From: an uncultured Eubacteriales bacterium
GTDB lineage: Bacteria; Bacillota; Clostridia; Oscillospirales; QAMX01
Reading direction: 5' to 3'
Length of the DNA: 64,000 nucleotides
NCBI GenBank assembly: GCA_905205975.1
Contig: CAJLFQ010000003.1
Location: 3,130-67,129, forward strand
Of the stretch, positions 54,737 through 64,000 are shown piece by piece. The notes below the pieces were generated by a model. It did not search any database. It was not told where the DNA came from and saw only the letters and a list, made by a program, of their open reading frames with translations. Within the stretch, counting starts at the first letter, position 1, and each line of letters starts with the position of its first letter. The translations under genes and the position numbers were made by a program.

Positions 54737-57700
54737 TCAGTTTGTTTTTTTCGGCGGGGTCAGCGTCTTGACCAGCTCCTCCGACAGCGCCATGCGGTCG
54801 TCTTTGCGGCGCAGCTTGATGGCAATGTGCGGACGGTCACCGGCATTGAGCAGGACGCGGCCTTTAAGTGTTGGATGGTCAAACAGCGGCTGGATGCGTT
54901 CAAAGGTGAAATCCGAAAAGAAAAAGCGCAGCGTATCTTCCTTGTCGGCGATCTCACAGATACCGGCGGCTGCGGCATCCGTCCGCAGGACGGAAATGCG
55001 GATCAGCGTTTCCGTTTCCGCCGGTACGTCGCCGAAACGGTCGCAGAGCTCGTCCCGCATATCGTCTGCGTCTTCCGGCGTCTGAATCCGCGCAATCCGG
55101 CGGTAGAGGTCCATCCGCTCAAACGACGAGGTGACATAGGTGTCCGGAATCCCCGCAGGAACGGCCAGTTCAATGATGCATTCGCGCTTCGGCTCGACTT
55201 TTTCTCCTTTTTCCTCCAGAACGGCTTCTTCCAGGAGGCGGAGATACATGTCGTACCCGACGGAGATCATGTGACCGCTCTGCTCAGCGCCCAGCAGGTT
55301 CCCCGCGCCGCGGATTTCCAGGTCACGCATGGCGATTTTGAACCCGGCGCCGAATTCGGCAAAGTCGCGGATGGCGGCCAGACGCTTCTGGCTGATTTCC
55401 GAAAGAACCCGCCCGGCCGGAAAGGTCAGGTAGGCATAAGCGTGCCGGGATGACCGCCCAACACGTCCGCGGATCTGGTGAAGCTGCGCCAGCCCGAACC
55501 GGTCGGCGTCTTCGATGATCAGCGTGTTGACGTTCGGAATGTCGATGCCGGCTTCGATGATGGTGGTGCAGACGAGAATGTCCGCCTCACCGTCTGTAAA
55601 GGTCTGCATGACTTCGCCGAGCTGCTTTTCGTTCATTTTGCCGTGCCCGACGATGACGGTTCGCTCCGGGAACATGGCTTGCAGGCGTGCAGCCGTTTTG
55701 TCGATGGTGTCCACGCGGTTGTGCAGATAGTATACCTGCCCGCCGCGCGTCAGCTCACGCGCTATGGCATCCCGGATCACGGCGGCGTCGTATTCCATGA
55801 CGTACGTTGTGACGGGGTAGCGGTCGTGCGGCGATTCCTCCAAGACGGACATATCGCGTACGCCGGACAGAGCCATGTTCAGCGTCCGCGGAATCGGCGT
55901 CGCCGACAGGGTCAGAACATCGACGTTGCCGGTCATTTCCTTGAGCCGCTCCTTATGTGCGACGCCAAAGCGCTGCTCTTCATCGACGATGATCAGGCCG
56001 AGGTCGTGGAATACAACGGATTTGTTCAGCAGCCTGTGCGTGCCGATGACCATATCGATGCTGCCGGTGCGCAGCCCGCGGATTGTTTTTGCCACATCGC
56101 CCGGCGTGGAAAACCGGCTGAGCGACGCGATTTTGACCGGATATCCGCGGAAACGGTGCATGGCGGTCAGATAATGCTGGCGGGCCAGAACGGTTGTCGG
56201 CACAAGCACGGCAACCTGCTTGCTGTCCAGAATGCACTTCATCGCAGCACGGAAGGCGACTTCCGTTTTGCCGAACCCGACGTCGCCGCACAGCAGACGG
56301 TCCATCGGCATGGAACGCTCCATGTCCTTTTTGATTTCTGCAATGGAAATGAGCTGATCGTTCGTCTCCTCATATTCAAAGCTGTCTTCAAATTCGCGCT
56401 GCCATGCAGAATCGGGTGCAAAAGCGTGGCCGGGGAGGCGCGCCCGCTTGGCGTACAGGGCAATCAGCTGTTTGGCCAGATCCTTGGCGGCGCTTTTGGC
56501 GCGCTGGCGCGTCCGCGCCCAGTCCGTACCGCCGAGCTTGGAAAGCTTGACGGCGCTGTCTTCGGCGGCGCCGAGATATTTTGAAATGACATCCAGCTGC
56601 GTCACCGGGATGTAGAGCACATCGCTCCCGGCGTAGGAGAGCTTGATAAAATCCTTTTTGATGCCGTCGGCTTCCAGCTCTGTAATGCCGCAGAAGCGGC
56701 CGATGCCGTAGTTGTCGTGGACGATCAAATCCCCCTCGTGGAGATCCGTAAAGGACTTCAGCCGTTCGCGGCTGCCTTTTTCCACAGCGGCGGTGCGGCG
56801 CGTGCGCTTCTTTTCGGGCGCTGTCGGCCGGGTGTCGTTCAGAACGGCAACGGAGGCGTCCGGCAGTTCAATCCCAGCAGACAAACTGCCGATGCCGACG
56901 GTGACGCCGCCGGGCGTAAACGGCATGGAAACGTTCGGATCGATGGTCGCGGCGACGTTTTTTTCAGCCAGCAGAGAGATCAGATAATCGACACGCTCGC
57001 GGCTGGCCGCCAGAACCAGCACGGCAAATCCCTGGCGCCGGTAGAAGTCGATGTCCTGAAAAAGCGCGTCGAAGCTCTGAGAGAGTGACGGCAGCTGCTT
57101 TGAAATCAGCGTGATGATTTCACGCGGCGGCAGTTCGCTGCGCTGCGACAGGAAGTTGTCCAGCATGATGAGGTTGTGCGCCGAAAGGAAGGAAAACATG
57201 CCGTCGGCATCCAGATAATAGCTTTTTTGGCGGCCGCTGATGATGCCGCTTTCCATCAAGTGCTTAACATCCTGCGCGGTGCGGCGCGTCAAGCTGCGGA
57301 TCTCTTCGCAGACGCGCTGCGCGTCGTCCAGAAAGAAAACCGTTTCGTTGGAACAGAAATCCAGCGCCGTAAACGGCGTCTCCTGATAAACGGGCAGGTA
57401 CCGGTCGATGGCAGCAAACCGCAGACCGTCACGGATGCGGCCGCTGTCCGTATCGATGTGTTCCAGCAGCTCTTTGGCGAGTTTCTGACGATTCAGCCCT
57501 TTCAAAAGTCCGGCGACGCGTCTGGCAAACGCCTCGCGCCCATCCTGTGCGAGGTCCGGCGGCAGCTCCAGCGCAGGCGTGATCCGCACATGGCGCAGGT
57601 TTTCGGTGCGGCGCTGTGTCGCAATGTCAAAAGCGCCCATCGAGTCAATTTCATCGCCGAAGAATTCGATGCGGACCGGGCGGCGGAGTGACGGCGGGAA

Positions 57701-58246
57701 GATGTCGAAGATGCCGCCGCGAAAAGCGAACTGCCCGGCGCCTTCCACCGTTTCAGAACGGCAGTATCCGAGGCGCAGCAGCGTGTCCGAAAGCGCCGTG
57801 ACGTCCGTTTCCATGCCGACTGAAAGCTCCAGCACGGCGTCTGCAAACGTATCCGGCGCGATGGTGTGCAGAGAAAATGCTTCTACCGACCCGCAGACTG
57901 CCGTACAGCAGCCGGTCTTCAGCGCATCCAGCACGCTGACGCGGCGATGCTCCCATTCCCGGCTGGCGCCTTCGATTTCATGAAACATCAGCTCACGGGC
58001 AGGCAGAACGGCATACTCAATGCCGCTGAGCGCGGCGGCATCGGCGGCGAACGACGAAGCCGCCGATTCGTCGGCTGTGATAACCGCAACCGGACGGAAA
58101 AACTCGGCCTGTATCGCCGCGGCGACCAGCGCACGGTGAAGCGGCGACAGCCCGCAGATCAGAACCGGCGTGCTGCGGTCTTCCAAACGGCGCCGCAGCT
58201 TTTGCAGCTCATCCGGTGAAAAGACGGATTTACAGAGAGAAAGCAT
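54737..58246 (-). CDS. mfd: transcription-repair coupling factor
   Basis: About 1169 aa from the ATG at 58246 (GAGGA upstream). UvrB-homology N-terminus, CarD-like RID (GDLIVHDNYGIGRF), superfamily-2 helicase motifs (LLCGDVGFGKTEVA, DEEQRFG, LTLSATPIPRT), and a TRCF domain. Confidence 0.95.
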   Translation of the reverse strand: MLSLCKSVFSPDELQKLRRRLEDRSTPVLICGLSPLHRALVAAAIQAEFFRPVAVITADESAASSFAADAAALSGIEYAVLPARELMFHEIEGASREWEHRRVSVLDALKTGCCTAVCGSVEAFSLHTIAPDTFADAVLELSVGMETDVTALSDTLLRLGYCRSETVEGAGQFAFRGGIFDIFPPSLRRPVRIEFFGDEIDSMGAFDIATQRRTENLRHVRITPALELPPDLAQDGREAFARRVAGLLKGLNRQKLAKELLEHIDTDSGRIRDGLRFAAIDRYLPVYQETPFTALDFCSNETVFFLDDAQRVCEEIRSLTRRTAQDVKHLMESGIISGRQKSYYLDADGMFSFLSAHNLIMLDNFLSQRSELPPREIITLISKQLPSLSQSFDALFQDIDFYRRQGFAVLVLAASRERVDYLISLLAEKNVAATIDPNVSMPFTPGGVTVGIGSLSAGIELPDASVAVLNDTRPTAPEKKRTRRTAAVEKGSRERLKSFTDLHEGDLIVHDNYGIGRFCGITELEADGIKKDFIKLSYAGSDVLYIPVTQLDVISKYLGAAEDSAVKLSKLGGTDWARTRQRAKSAAKDLAKQLIALYAKRARLPGHAFAPDSAWQREFEDSFEYEETNDQLISIAEIKKDMERSMPMDRLLCGDVGFGKTEVAFRAAMKCILDSKQVAVLVPTTVLARQHYLTAMHRFRGYPVKIASLSRFSTPGDVAKTIRGLRTGSIDMVIGTHRLLNKSVVFHDLGLIIVDEEQRFGVAHKERLKEMTGNVDVLTLSATPIPRTLNMALSGVRDMSVLEESPHDRYPVTTYVMEYDAAVIRDAIARELTRGGQVYYLHNRVDTIDKTAARLQAMFPERTVIVGHGKMNEKQLGEVMQTFTDGEADILVCTTIIEAGIDIPNVNTLIIEDADRFGLAQLHQIRGRVGRSSRHAYAYLTFPAGRVLSEISQKRLAAIRDFAEFGAGFKIAMRDLEIRGAGNLLGAEQSGHMISVGYDMYLRLLEEAVLEEKGEKVEPKRECIIELAVPAGIPDTYVTSSFERMDLYRRIARIQTPEDADDMRDELCDRFGDVPAETETLIRISVLRTDAAAAGICEIADKEDTLRFFFSDFTFERIQPLFDHPTLKGRVLLNAGDRPHIAIKLRRKDDRMALSEELVKTLTPPKKTN

Positions 58247-58392
58247 ATGAAAAATCCTCGTTTCATTTGCATTCAGGTGCATTCAGAGACAGTCAGACGC
58301 GGGAGAAAAGCAGAACAAAACGCGGGCAAACGTGTGATAAACGCTGCCCGCTTTTGCGCTGTAAGCTGTAAGATGGAATGATTCAGAACGGC

Positions 58393-59286
58393 TCAGTTTT
58401 TGGCATCGGTGTCGCAGCCATAGGCGGTGTGCAGCAAAGCAGCGACCGGATCAGCCCGGCGGGGTGCAAAGAAAACCGGCACCACGGCCAGCGTGAAGAG
58501 AAAGCCGTAAAGGAAAATCAGGGCGTCCGTTACGCCGGCATTTGCAAACGTCGTTCCGTTTGCAAGCAGGCGGAGGCAGTTCAGTCCGCGGCCCAGAAAA
58601 GCCGTCGTGCAGAAAAAGAGATTGACTGCCACGGCCAAATAGACGCGCATTGCACTTTTTCGGCCGTACAAATACCCGGAACAGGCAAAAAACATCAGAA
58701 TCATCGTAATCAAAGCGGCGATGTCATAAAAATAAGCGCTGACGGACGGGTTGGAGGAGACATCACGGTATACTTCAATCAGACGGAAGCTGGCCCAGAA
58801 AACAAGCAGCAGCGAAGCGGTTCCAATCGGCGAGCCGCCTTCAACCGGCTGAGACAGCTTTTTCAGGACAGGCACCGTGAGCAGCGTTGAAGCAAACAGG
58901 AGAAGACCGTTGAGCATCCCCCAGACCGAAACGTGCTGTACCGCTGTGATTAGAACGGCGATGGTTCCGGCCGTACCGGCTGCGGCGGCGCAGACGGCAA
59001 AGAGGATGGTCGGAACGCCAATGGCGCCGACAATGACGGCGTTTGAAGGAAAGAGACGGTTTTTCGCCGCCAGCAGCGCGATTACGCCCAACGCGGCCAA
59101 CATACAAACGCAGAGCAGAAGCAGTATCAGGCTGCTGCGTTCCCCGGGAATGGCCAGCCCCTGCGCATCAAATCCGTCGCGCAGCTGGATCCATCGAACC
59201 AAACCGCCAAAAATACCGGCCAGCAGCATCAAAAACAAAAATGCGCCTTTTTCCAGCTTTGCGTTCTTTTCGTTTGTCAATTTCAT
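58393..59286 (-). CDS. polytopic membrane protein, unknown function
   Basis: 297 aa with about 8 predicted TM helices by eye. The ATG overlaps the stop of the upstream carboxypeptidase gene. A terminator-like hairpin lies at 58322-58352. Confidence 0.6.
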   Translation of the reverse strand: MKLTNEKNAKLEKGAFLFLMLLAGIFGGLVRWIQLRDGFDAQGLAIPGERSSLILLLLCVCMLAALGVIALLAAKNRLFPSNAVIVGAIGVPTILFAVCAAAAGTAGTIAVLITAVQHVSVWGMLNGLLLFASTLLTVPVLKKLSQPVEGGSPIGTASLLLVFWASFRLIEVYRDVSSNPSVSAYFYDIAALITMILMFFACSGYLYGRKSAMRVYLAVAVNLFFCTTAFLGRGLNCLRLLANGTTFANAGVTDALIFLYGFLFTLAVVPVFFAPRRADPVAALLHTAYGCDTDAKN

Positions 59287-60707
59287 TCACCCTTTTCTGA
59301 TTTCTGTGGTTTGTCTGCATCGTCTGCCGGCTTTTTCGGCGATTGAGCGCCCTGCTTTTTGCTGTACCGGTATGCGGAGATCAAAATGACAACGCCGTAA
59401 ATCATGGCGCAGACAATGGCGACGCATAATAAAATCAGCAGAAAACGAATGATGGTCCCGGCAAAAGTCCGGCTTCTCTGCGTGCCGGCGGATGCCGTTA
59501 CGGAAACATCGCCCGGACGGGGCGTCGTGGCAGCCTGCGAACCGGAGGCGTCTGTGACGGCAGACGTCAGATAATCGCTGCGGGAAACGACGGAAGCGTG
59601 TCCGACGGGGAAGCCGTGGTCGTAAAGCTCAACGGAACCGAAAACAGTCCCTGCGGGCGCCGGATCGGAAATCAAATCGGGGATGTCATAGATGGCCTCA
59701 AACGTCAGCGGATCGTCCGACTTGTGGCACAGCACGGAGAAGGATTCCGGCTCCAGCATCAGCGTTCCGCCTGCAGCCGTCGGCACGGATTTGGCCAAGT
59801 CAATGGTATTGTCTACGGTTTTCAGCGTCAGGTTTTCAGCAAAGGAATCGACGAGCGCAGAGGTGTCTTTGAATGTGGTTCCCTTCGGCGCTTTCATCAC
59901 GGTGATGATGAACTGCATGCCGTCCACCTCGGACAGCGTCGCCAGCGTGTTCCCGGCCGGCGTGGTATAGCCGGTTTTGCCGCAGACGACTTTGCTGTTG
60001 TAGATGCCGGAGCGGGTCAAGAGCAGATCGTTGGTCGTCACTAGGTGGCGCGTTTCACTGCATTTGTTGGTCGGCGGGATGTCATAGGTCGGCGTGGACA
60101 TGACCTCGACCAGAAACGGATGGCGGATGCATTCCCGCATCAGCGTCGCCAGATCGCGTGCGCTCATATAATGCTGCTCGTCGTGGAGGCCGTTGGTCGT
60201 TACAAAATGCGTGTTGGTCATGCCGAGCTCTGCGGCGCGTTCGTTCATCAAAATGAGGAAATCCTCTGCACTGCCTGCCAGATATTCCGCCATGCCGAGG
60301 CACGCCTCGTTGGCGCTGGGGAGAAGGATGGCGTAGAAGACCTGACGGACGGTGAGCTGTTCGCCGACGTCAATCGCGATGTGCATGGTGTCCCGCGGAA
60401 TGCCGTAAACAGCTTCCCGCGAGAAGGTAATGACGTCATCCAGTGAAGCCAGTCCGGCTTCTACACGCTCTGCGGCAATCAATGCCGTCATGAGTTTGGT
60501 GGTGCTGGCCGGATAAAGCTTTTCATCGGCATTCTTTTCGAGAAGGATGGTGCCGGTGTTCAATTCCATGGCAAAAGCGGCATAACCGGATACACTCGGC
60601 AGCGGGTCGGCGCCGCAGGCATCCCCATAGGCAGCCGCAGCGCGCGGCGCAAACGTGAGGATCGGAATCAGGGCGAGGAGAAGGGCGAAAAACCTCTTGT
60701 GTTTCAC
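59283..60707 (-). CDS. D-alanyl-D-alanine carboxypeptidase (serine-type, PBP5/DacB-like) with C-terminal anchor
   Basis: 474 aa. Signal peptide, SxxK (PASTTKLMT), SxN (PSANEA), KTG (GKTGYT), and a C-terminal TM. Confidence 0.88.
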   Translation of the reverse strand: MKHKRFFALLLALIPILTFAPRAAAAYGDACGADPLPSVSGYAAFAMELNTGTILLEKNADEKLYPASTTKLMTALIAAERVEAGLASLDDVITFSREAVYGIPRDTMHIAIDVGEQLTVRQVFYAILLPSANEACLGMAEYLAGSAEDFLILMNERAAELGMTNTHFVTTNGLHDEQHYMSARDLATLMRECIRHPFLVEVMSTPTYDIPPTNKCSETRHLVTTNDLLLTRSGIYNSKVVCGKTGYTTPAGNTLATLSEVDGMQFIITVMKAPKGTTFKDTSALVDSFAENLTLKTVDNTIDLAKSVPTAAGGTLMLEPESFSVLCHKSDDPLTFEAIYDIPDLISDPAPAGTVFGSVELYDHGFPVGHASVVSRSDYLTSAVTDASGSQAATTPRPGDVSVTASAGTQRSRTFAGTIIRFLLILLCVAIVCAMIYGVVILISAYRYSKKQGAQSPKKPADDADKPQKSEKGE

Positions 60708-60851
60708 GGCGGAAAAAACCTCCAGTCTGTATGCAAGAAATTTCGTTTACTCTATATTCTACCATTTTATGTATCGTTTGTCAAAGTGTTTTTTGTTGCA
60801 CGGCAGGGGCGGCGGTTCATTTTCCAAAACATGCCGCTTTGAAAAGTGGTT

Positions 60852-60880
60852 TTGACAAAAAACGAACCCGGTGGTATAAT
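60852..60880 (+). promoter_or_regulatory. sigma-A promoter of pdxK-ldcA
   Basis: TTGACA (60852-60857), 17 nt, TGgTATAAT (60872-60880). Confidence 0.7.
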
Positions 60881-60930
60881 AGAAAGAGGATTTTTTGCCG
60901 CTGTCCGGCAAGACAGGAGCGTGCTGCCCG

Positions 60931-61776
60931 ATGAACCCCATTCTGCCGCGTGTCGCCGCGGTTCACGACGTTTCCGGATTCGGAAAATGCGCGTTGACGA
61001 TTGCGCTGCCCGTGCTCTCTGCATGCGGCGTTGAAGTATGCCCGCTGCCGACGGCGGTTCTGTCCGCCAATACCGATTTCGCCGGATTTCAGATGGTCGA
61101 TCTGACCGATGCCATGCCGCGTTTTCTCCGGCACTGGCAGGCCATGGGTTTGCATCTGGATGCCGTTTATTCCGGCTTTTTGGGCTCCGCGGAGCAGATG
61201 GACGATATCGAACGCATGGTGCAGCTGTTTCACCCGGCGCTGACCTTGGTGGATCCGGTCTGCGGGGATGACGGCCTCGTCTACAAAACCTATACGCCGG
61301 CCATGTGTGCCCGGCTGCGCAGGCTGATGGGCATCGCCGATGTGATCACCCCCAATCTGACGGAAGCCTGCGTCCTGACGGATACGCCGTATGATACCTG
61401 CCGGACGGACGCCGCTGCTGTCCGCTGTCTGGCAGAGCGCCTGCGCGAAACCGGCGCCAAAAGCGTGATCATCACCGGCATTGAGCGCGACGGTCTCCTT
61501 TGCAACTGTATTCTGGACGAAACGGGATATGACGAACGTGCCGTTCCGCTGCTGCCGTTTCGTATGCACGGCACAGGCGACCTGTTTGCCAGCGTTTTGA
61601 CCGGCGGCCTGATGACGGGACATTCGCTCCGCGAAAGCGTGGATTCTGCAGCGCGCTTTACTGCGTTTGCCATGGAAAAAAGCGTCCGGTATGACGGCGC
61701 TTTCCAGCGCGGCGTCTGCTTTGAACCCTATCTGCACCTGCTGGCAGGCGGCGTGTTTACCGGTGAAACCGCCTGA
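60931..61776 (+). CDS. pdxK: pyridoxal/pyridoxamine kinase
   Basis: 281 aa from the ATG at 60931. Ribokinase-fold PdxK/PdxY features (VAAVHDVSGFGKCALT, DAVYSGFLG, DPVCGDDG, ITPNLTEA, GTGDLFAS). Confidence 0.85.
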   Translation: MNPILPRVAAVHDVSGFGKCALTIALPVLSACGVEVCPLPTAVLSANTDFAGFQMVDLTDAMPRFLRHWQAMGLHLDAVYSGFLGSAEQMDDIERMVQLFHPALTLVDPVCGDDGLVYKTYTPAMCARLRRLMGIADVITPNLTEACVLTDTPYDTCRTDAAAVRCLAERLRETGAKSVIITGIERDGLLCNCILDETGYDERAVPLLPFRMHGTGDLFASVLTGGLMTGHSLRESVDSAARFTAFAMEKSVRYDGAFQRGVCFEPYLHLLAGGVFTGETA

Positions 61777-61848
61777 AAGCGTTTGAACAGATGGAAGGAA
61801 CCGGACACGCAAAAACAGAAAAAAACAAATCAAAGAATTGAGGAAAAT

Positions 61849-62763
61849 ATGATGTTGAAACCGAAACGCCTGATGGCAGGCGATACTGTTGGACTTGTTG
61901 CACCCTGCTACGGTGTCAATCTGGGGGATGCGGAAGAACCGCTGGCACAGATGGAGCAGATGGGCTACCGCACAAAGGTCAGCAGACACTTCTACGACCG
62001 CGACTGGACGTTTGCCGCCTCCGTCGAAAAACGCGCAGAAGATTTCAACGAAATGGCCGCAGATGACGAAGTGAAAATGGTCATTTTCGGCGGCGGTGAA
62101 GTCTCCAATGAAATCCTGCCTTACATGGATTTTGATCTGATCCGCAAACATCCGAAAATCTACTGCTCTTACAGCGACGGAACAACCCCGCTGAACGCCA
62201 TCACATCCTTGACCGGGCTGGTCACTTACTACGGCGCAGACCCCGGCGTGCCGGGCGGCAAAAATCTTTACAGCGCCCGTTCGCTGGCGGCGGCCATCAA
62301 CACCGGTACGGCGCCCTATACGTTTGAAAAATGCAGCGAATGGACGACGCTGCGCGGCGGCGAGTGCAGCGGTGAGCTGATCGGCGGTTTTTTGGCCAAC
62401 TTTGCGCTCATGTTCGGCGGCAGCTATCTGCGGATCGATAAAACGAAAAAATACCTGCTCTTCCTCGAAGACCACGAGCAGTTCGGTTCGCCGAGCGTGA
62501 CGTCGAAATATCTGTCCCACATCGAGCAGAGCGGCTTTATGAACAACGTTTCCGGCCTGATCCTCGGCCACTATGCCGACAAGTTCTATCCGGAAATTCT
62601 CGACATTCTTCGTCGCATTGCCGACCGCTATCAGATCCCGACGGTCAAAACCGATGACTTCGGCCACTGCGCGACGCGCGGCACGATCCCGATCGGCGTT
62701 TCCGCCGTGCTTGACGCGGACGCACAGACCCTGCGCTTCACAGAAAATACCGTTGAAGCGTAA
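61849..62763 (+). CDS. LD-carboxypeptidase (peptidase S66, LdcA/MccF-like)
   Basis: 304 aa from the ATG at 61849. GDTVGLVAP, YSDGTT (nucleophile Ser region), and FGHC near the C-terminus. Confidence 0.8.
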   Translation: MMLKPKRLMAGDTVGLVAPCYGVNLGDAEEPLAQMEQMGYRTKVSRHFYDRDWTFAASVEKRAEDFNEMAADDEVKMVIFGGGEVSNEILPYMDFDLIRKHPKIYCSYSDGTTPLNAITSLTGLVTYYGADPGVPGGKNLYSARSLAAAINTGTAPYTFEKCSEWTTLRGGECSGELIGGFLANFALMFGGSYLRIDKTKKYLLFLEDHEQFGSPSVTSKYLSHIEQSGFMNNVSGLILGHYADKFYPEILDILRRIADRYQIPTVKTDDFGHCATRGTIPIGVSAVLDADAQTLRFTENTVEA

Positions 62764-62896
62764 AAATGTCAGATTATCCACAGAAAACACGGAAAAAGCC
62801 GGTATATTTATCGAGAATAGAACTTCCGATTCGCGAACCGGCATGGTATAATATTAAGAATCCCAAAGGCATTTGAATTTGAAAAGGAGACGGATT

Positions 62897-63586
62897 GTGG
62901 GCAACCTCGCGGAGACGATTGGACAAACCATTTTGCTCGCAGGGCATTATGGCAGCGGAAAAACGAACATTGCGCTGAACCTGGCTGTCAGCCTGCGTCA
63001 GGCCGGCCGGACGGTCACGGTGATCGATCTGGATATCATCAACCCGTATTTCCGCCTGGCGGACGGAATTGATATCTTGGAGCGTTTCGGCATTGACCAC
63101 GTTGCGCCGACGTATGCGAACACCAACGTCGATATCCCGGCCCTGTCGCCGCGTGTCGCCGGTCTTCTCGAAGACAGCGGCGATACCTTAATTGTGGACG
63201 TCGGTGGCGATGATACCGGCGCGGCCGCACTCGGCGGGTTTGCGCAGACGCTGACGCGCCGCGGCTATGAGATGCTGCTGGTTGTGAACCCGTTTCGCCC
63301 GTTCACGGAGACGGCGGCGGATGCCGCCGGCGTCGCCGCTGACATTGAATTGGCGGCTCGGCTGAAATTCACGGGAATCGCGGCCAACCCGAATCTGGGG
63401 CGCGAAACCACCGTGGAGACGATCTGCGGCGCAAAGCCGTTTTTTGACGGCCTGTCTGAGCGGCTGCATCTGCCGGTCTGCATGACGGCCGTGCGAAAGG
63501 ATCTGGTGTCTGCCGTGTCCGGCGCAGTTTCCGGCCCGGTTCTGCCCCTTGAAATTCTTCAAAAACCCGGATGGGACATCTTCTGA
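62897..63586 (+). CDS. P-loop NTPase of unknown role (SIMIBI-like), upstream of OFOR genes
   Basis: About 229 aa from GTG 62897 (AAAGGAGA upstream). Walker A GHYGSGKTN, Walker B-like LIVDVGGDD. Confidence 0.65.
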   Translation: MGNLAETIGQTILLAGHYGSGKTNIALNLAVSLRQAGRTVTVIDLDIINPYFRLADGIDILERFGIDHVAPTYANTNVDIPALSPRVAGLLEDSGDTLIVDVGGDDTGAAALGGFAQTLTRRGYEMLLVVNPFRPFTETAADAAGVAADIELAARLKFTGIAANPNLGRETTVETICGAKPFFDGLSERLHLPVCMTAVRKDLVSAVSGAVSGPVLPLEILQKPGWDIF

Positions 63587-63637
63587 AATGTGCTTTTCAG
63601 GAACAAATAATTTCAGTACGGAAAGGTGATAAAGCAT

Positions 63638-63844
63638 ATGGCGAAAGTGACAATTGACGAAAAAAGATGCAAAGGCTGCGGCCTGTGTGTCTCCGTTTGC
63701 CCCAAGAAAATCATCGCCCTTGCGGCGCACCGGCTGAATGCCAAAGGGCATCACCCGGCGGAAGTGATCAACCAGGAGGCATGCCTTGCCTGCGCAATGT
63801 GCGCGCGTATGTGCCCCGATGCGGCGATCATGGTAGAACGGTAG
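63638..63844 (+). CDS. 4Fe-4S dicluster ferredoxin (2-oxoacid:ferredoxin oxidoreductase delta-type subunit)
   Basis: 68 aa with two Cys motifs, [12 protein letters not shown] and [12 protein letters not shown]. Confidence 0.85.
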   Translation: MAKVTIDEKRCKGCGLCVSVCPKKIIALAAHRLNAKGHHPAEVINQEACLACAMCARMCPDAAIMVER

Positions 63845-63873
63845 TCTGCAACCAGAGAGGACGGAATGAATTT

Positions 63874-64000
63874 ATGGCTGAAAAAATTTTGATGAAAGGC
63901 AACGAGGCGCTGGCGGAAGCCGCCATTCGCGCCGGCTGCCGGTATTTCTTTGGGTACCCGATTACGCCGCAGACGCAGGTCGCGGAGTATATGGCGAAAA
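63874..64000 (+). CDS. 2-oxoacid:ferredoxin oxidoreductase alpha subunit (5' fragment, continues past window)
   Basis: [42 protein letters not shown] is a typical KorA/VorA/PorA N-terminus. Confidence 0.8.
   Translation, partial: MAEKILMKGNEALAEAAIRAGCRYFFGYPITPQTQVAEYMAK

Noticed and set aside
60817-62844. A 675-aa ORF on the minus strand spanning the whole pdxK and ldcA region, including their intergenic spacer.
   Set aside because: It lies antisense to two genes with clear family motifs and good SD and start contexts. Its composition is the R/A/G/Q-rich, low-complexity pattern typical of shadow ORFs in high-GC DNA. It has no recognisable domain and no SD.

Overview
The window looks like a 64-kb chromosomal segment of a high-GC Firmicute, probably a Clostridia or Oscillospiraceae-like anaerobe. 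That placement is inferred from sigma-A type TTGACA/TATAAT promoters, a T-box leader, the rpmG-secE-nusG-rplKAJL and maf-mreCD-PBP2-minD gene orders, and 2-oxoacid:ferredoxin oxidoreductase genes. I support about 57 protein genes, one tRNA-Pro(CGG), one T-box riboswitch, one L10 leader, and several promoters and intrinsic terminators. I found no transposase, integrase, CRISPR array or long repeat.

Most of the window is housekeeping:
- F-type ATP synthase
- guaB and metY
- the ribosomal protein cluster
- RNase J and Mfd
- cell-wall and cell-shape genes

Many long ORFs in the track are antisense shadow ORFs typical of high-GC DNA, and I rejected them.

The main candidate for an undescribed system is a tightly packed nine-gene operon at 25135-37289. 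It encodes:
- a 1029-aa solute-binding protein with two CBM-like modules and no lipobox
- two separate MalF/MalG-type permease pairs
- a membrane-anchored NHL-propeller/TPR protein
- a Yip1-family membrane protein
- a 984-aa secreted protein of unknown function

The operon has no ATPase, no regulator and no recognisable glycoside hydrolase.

Other notable items:
- a T-box leader (specifier most likely GUC, Val) in front of an XRE-cupin regulator and an AMP-forming acyl-CoA synthetase
- an ATP synthase in which only the C-terminal part of delta is present, fused in frame to alpha
- a c subunit with a signal-peptide-like extension
- a promoter-to-terminator structured RNA upstream of rnj
- a macro-HTH/GNAT gene pair
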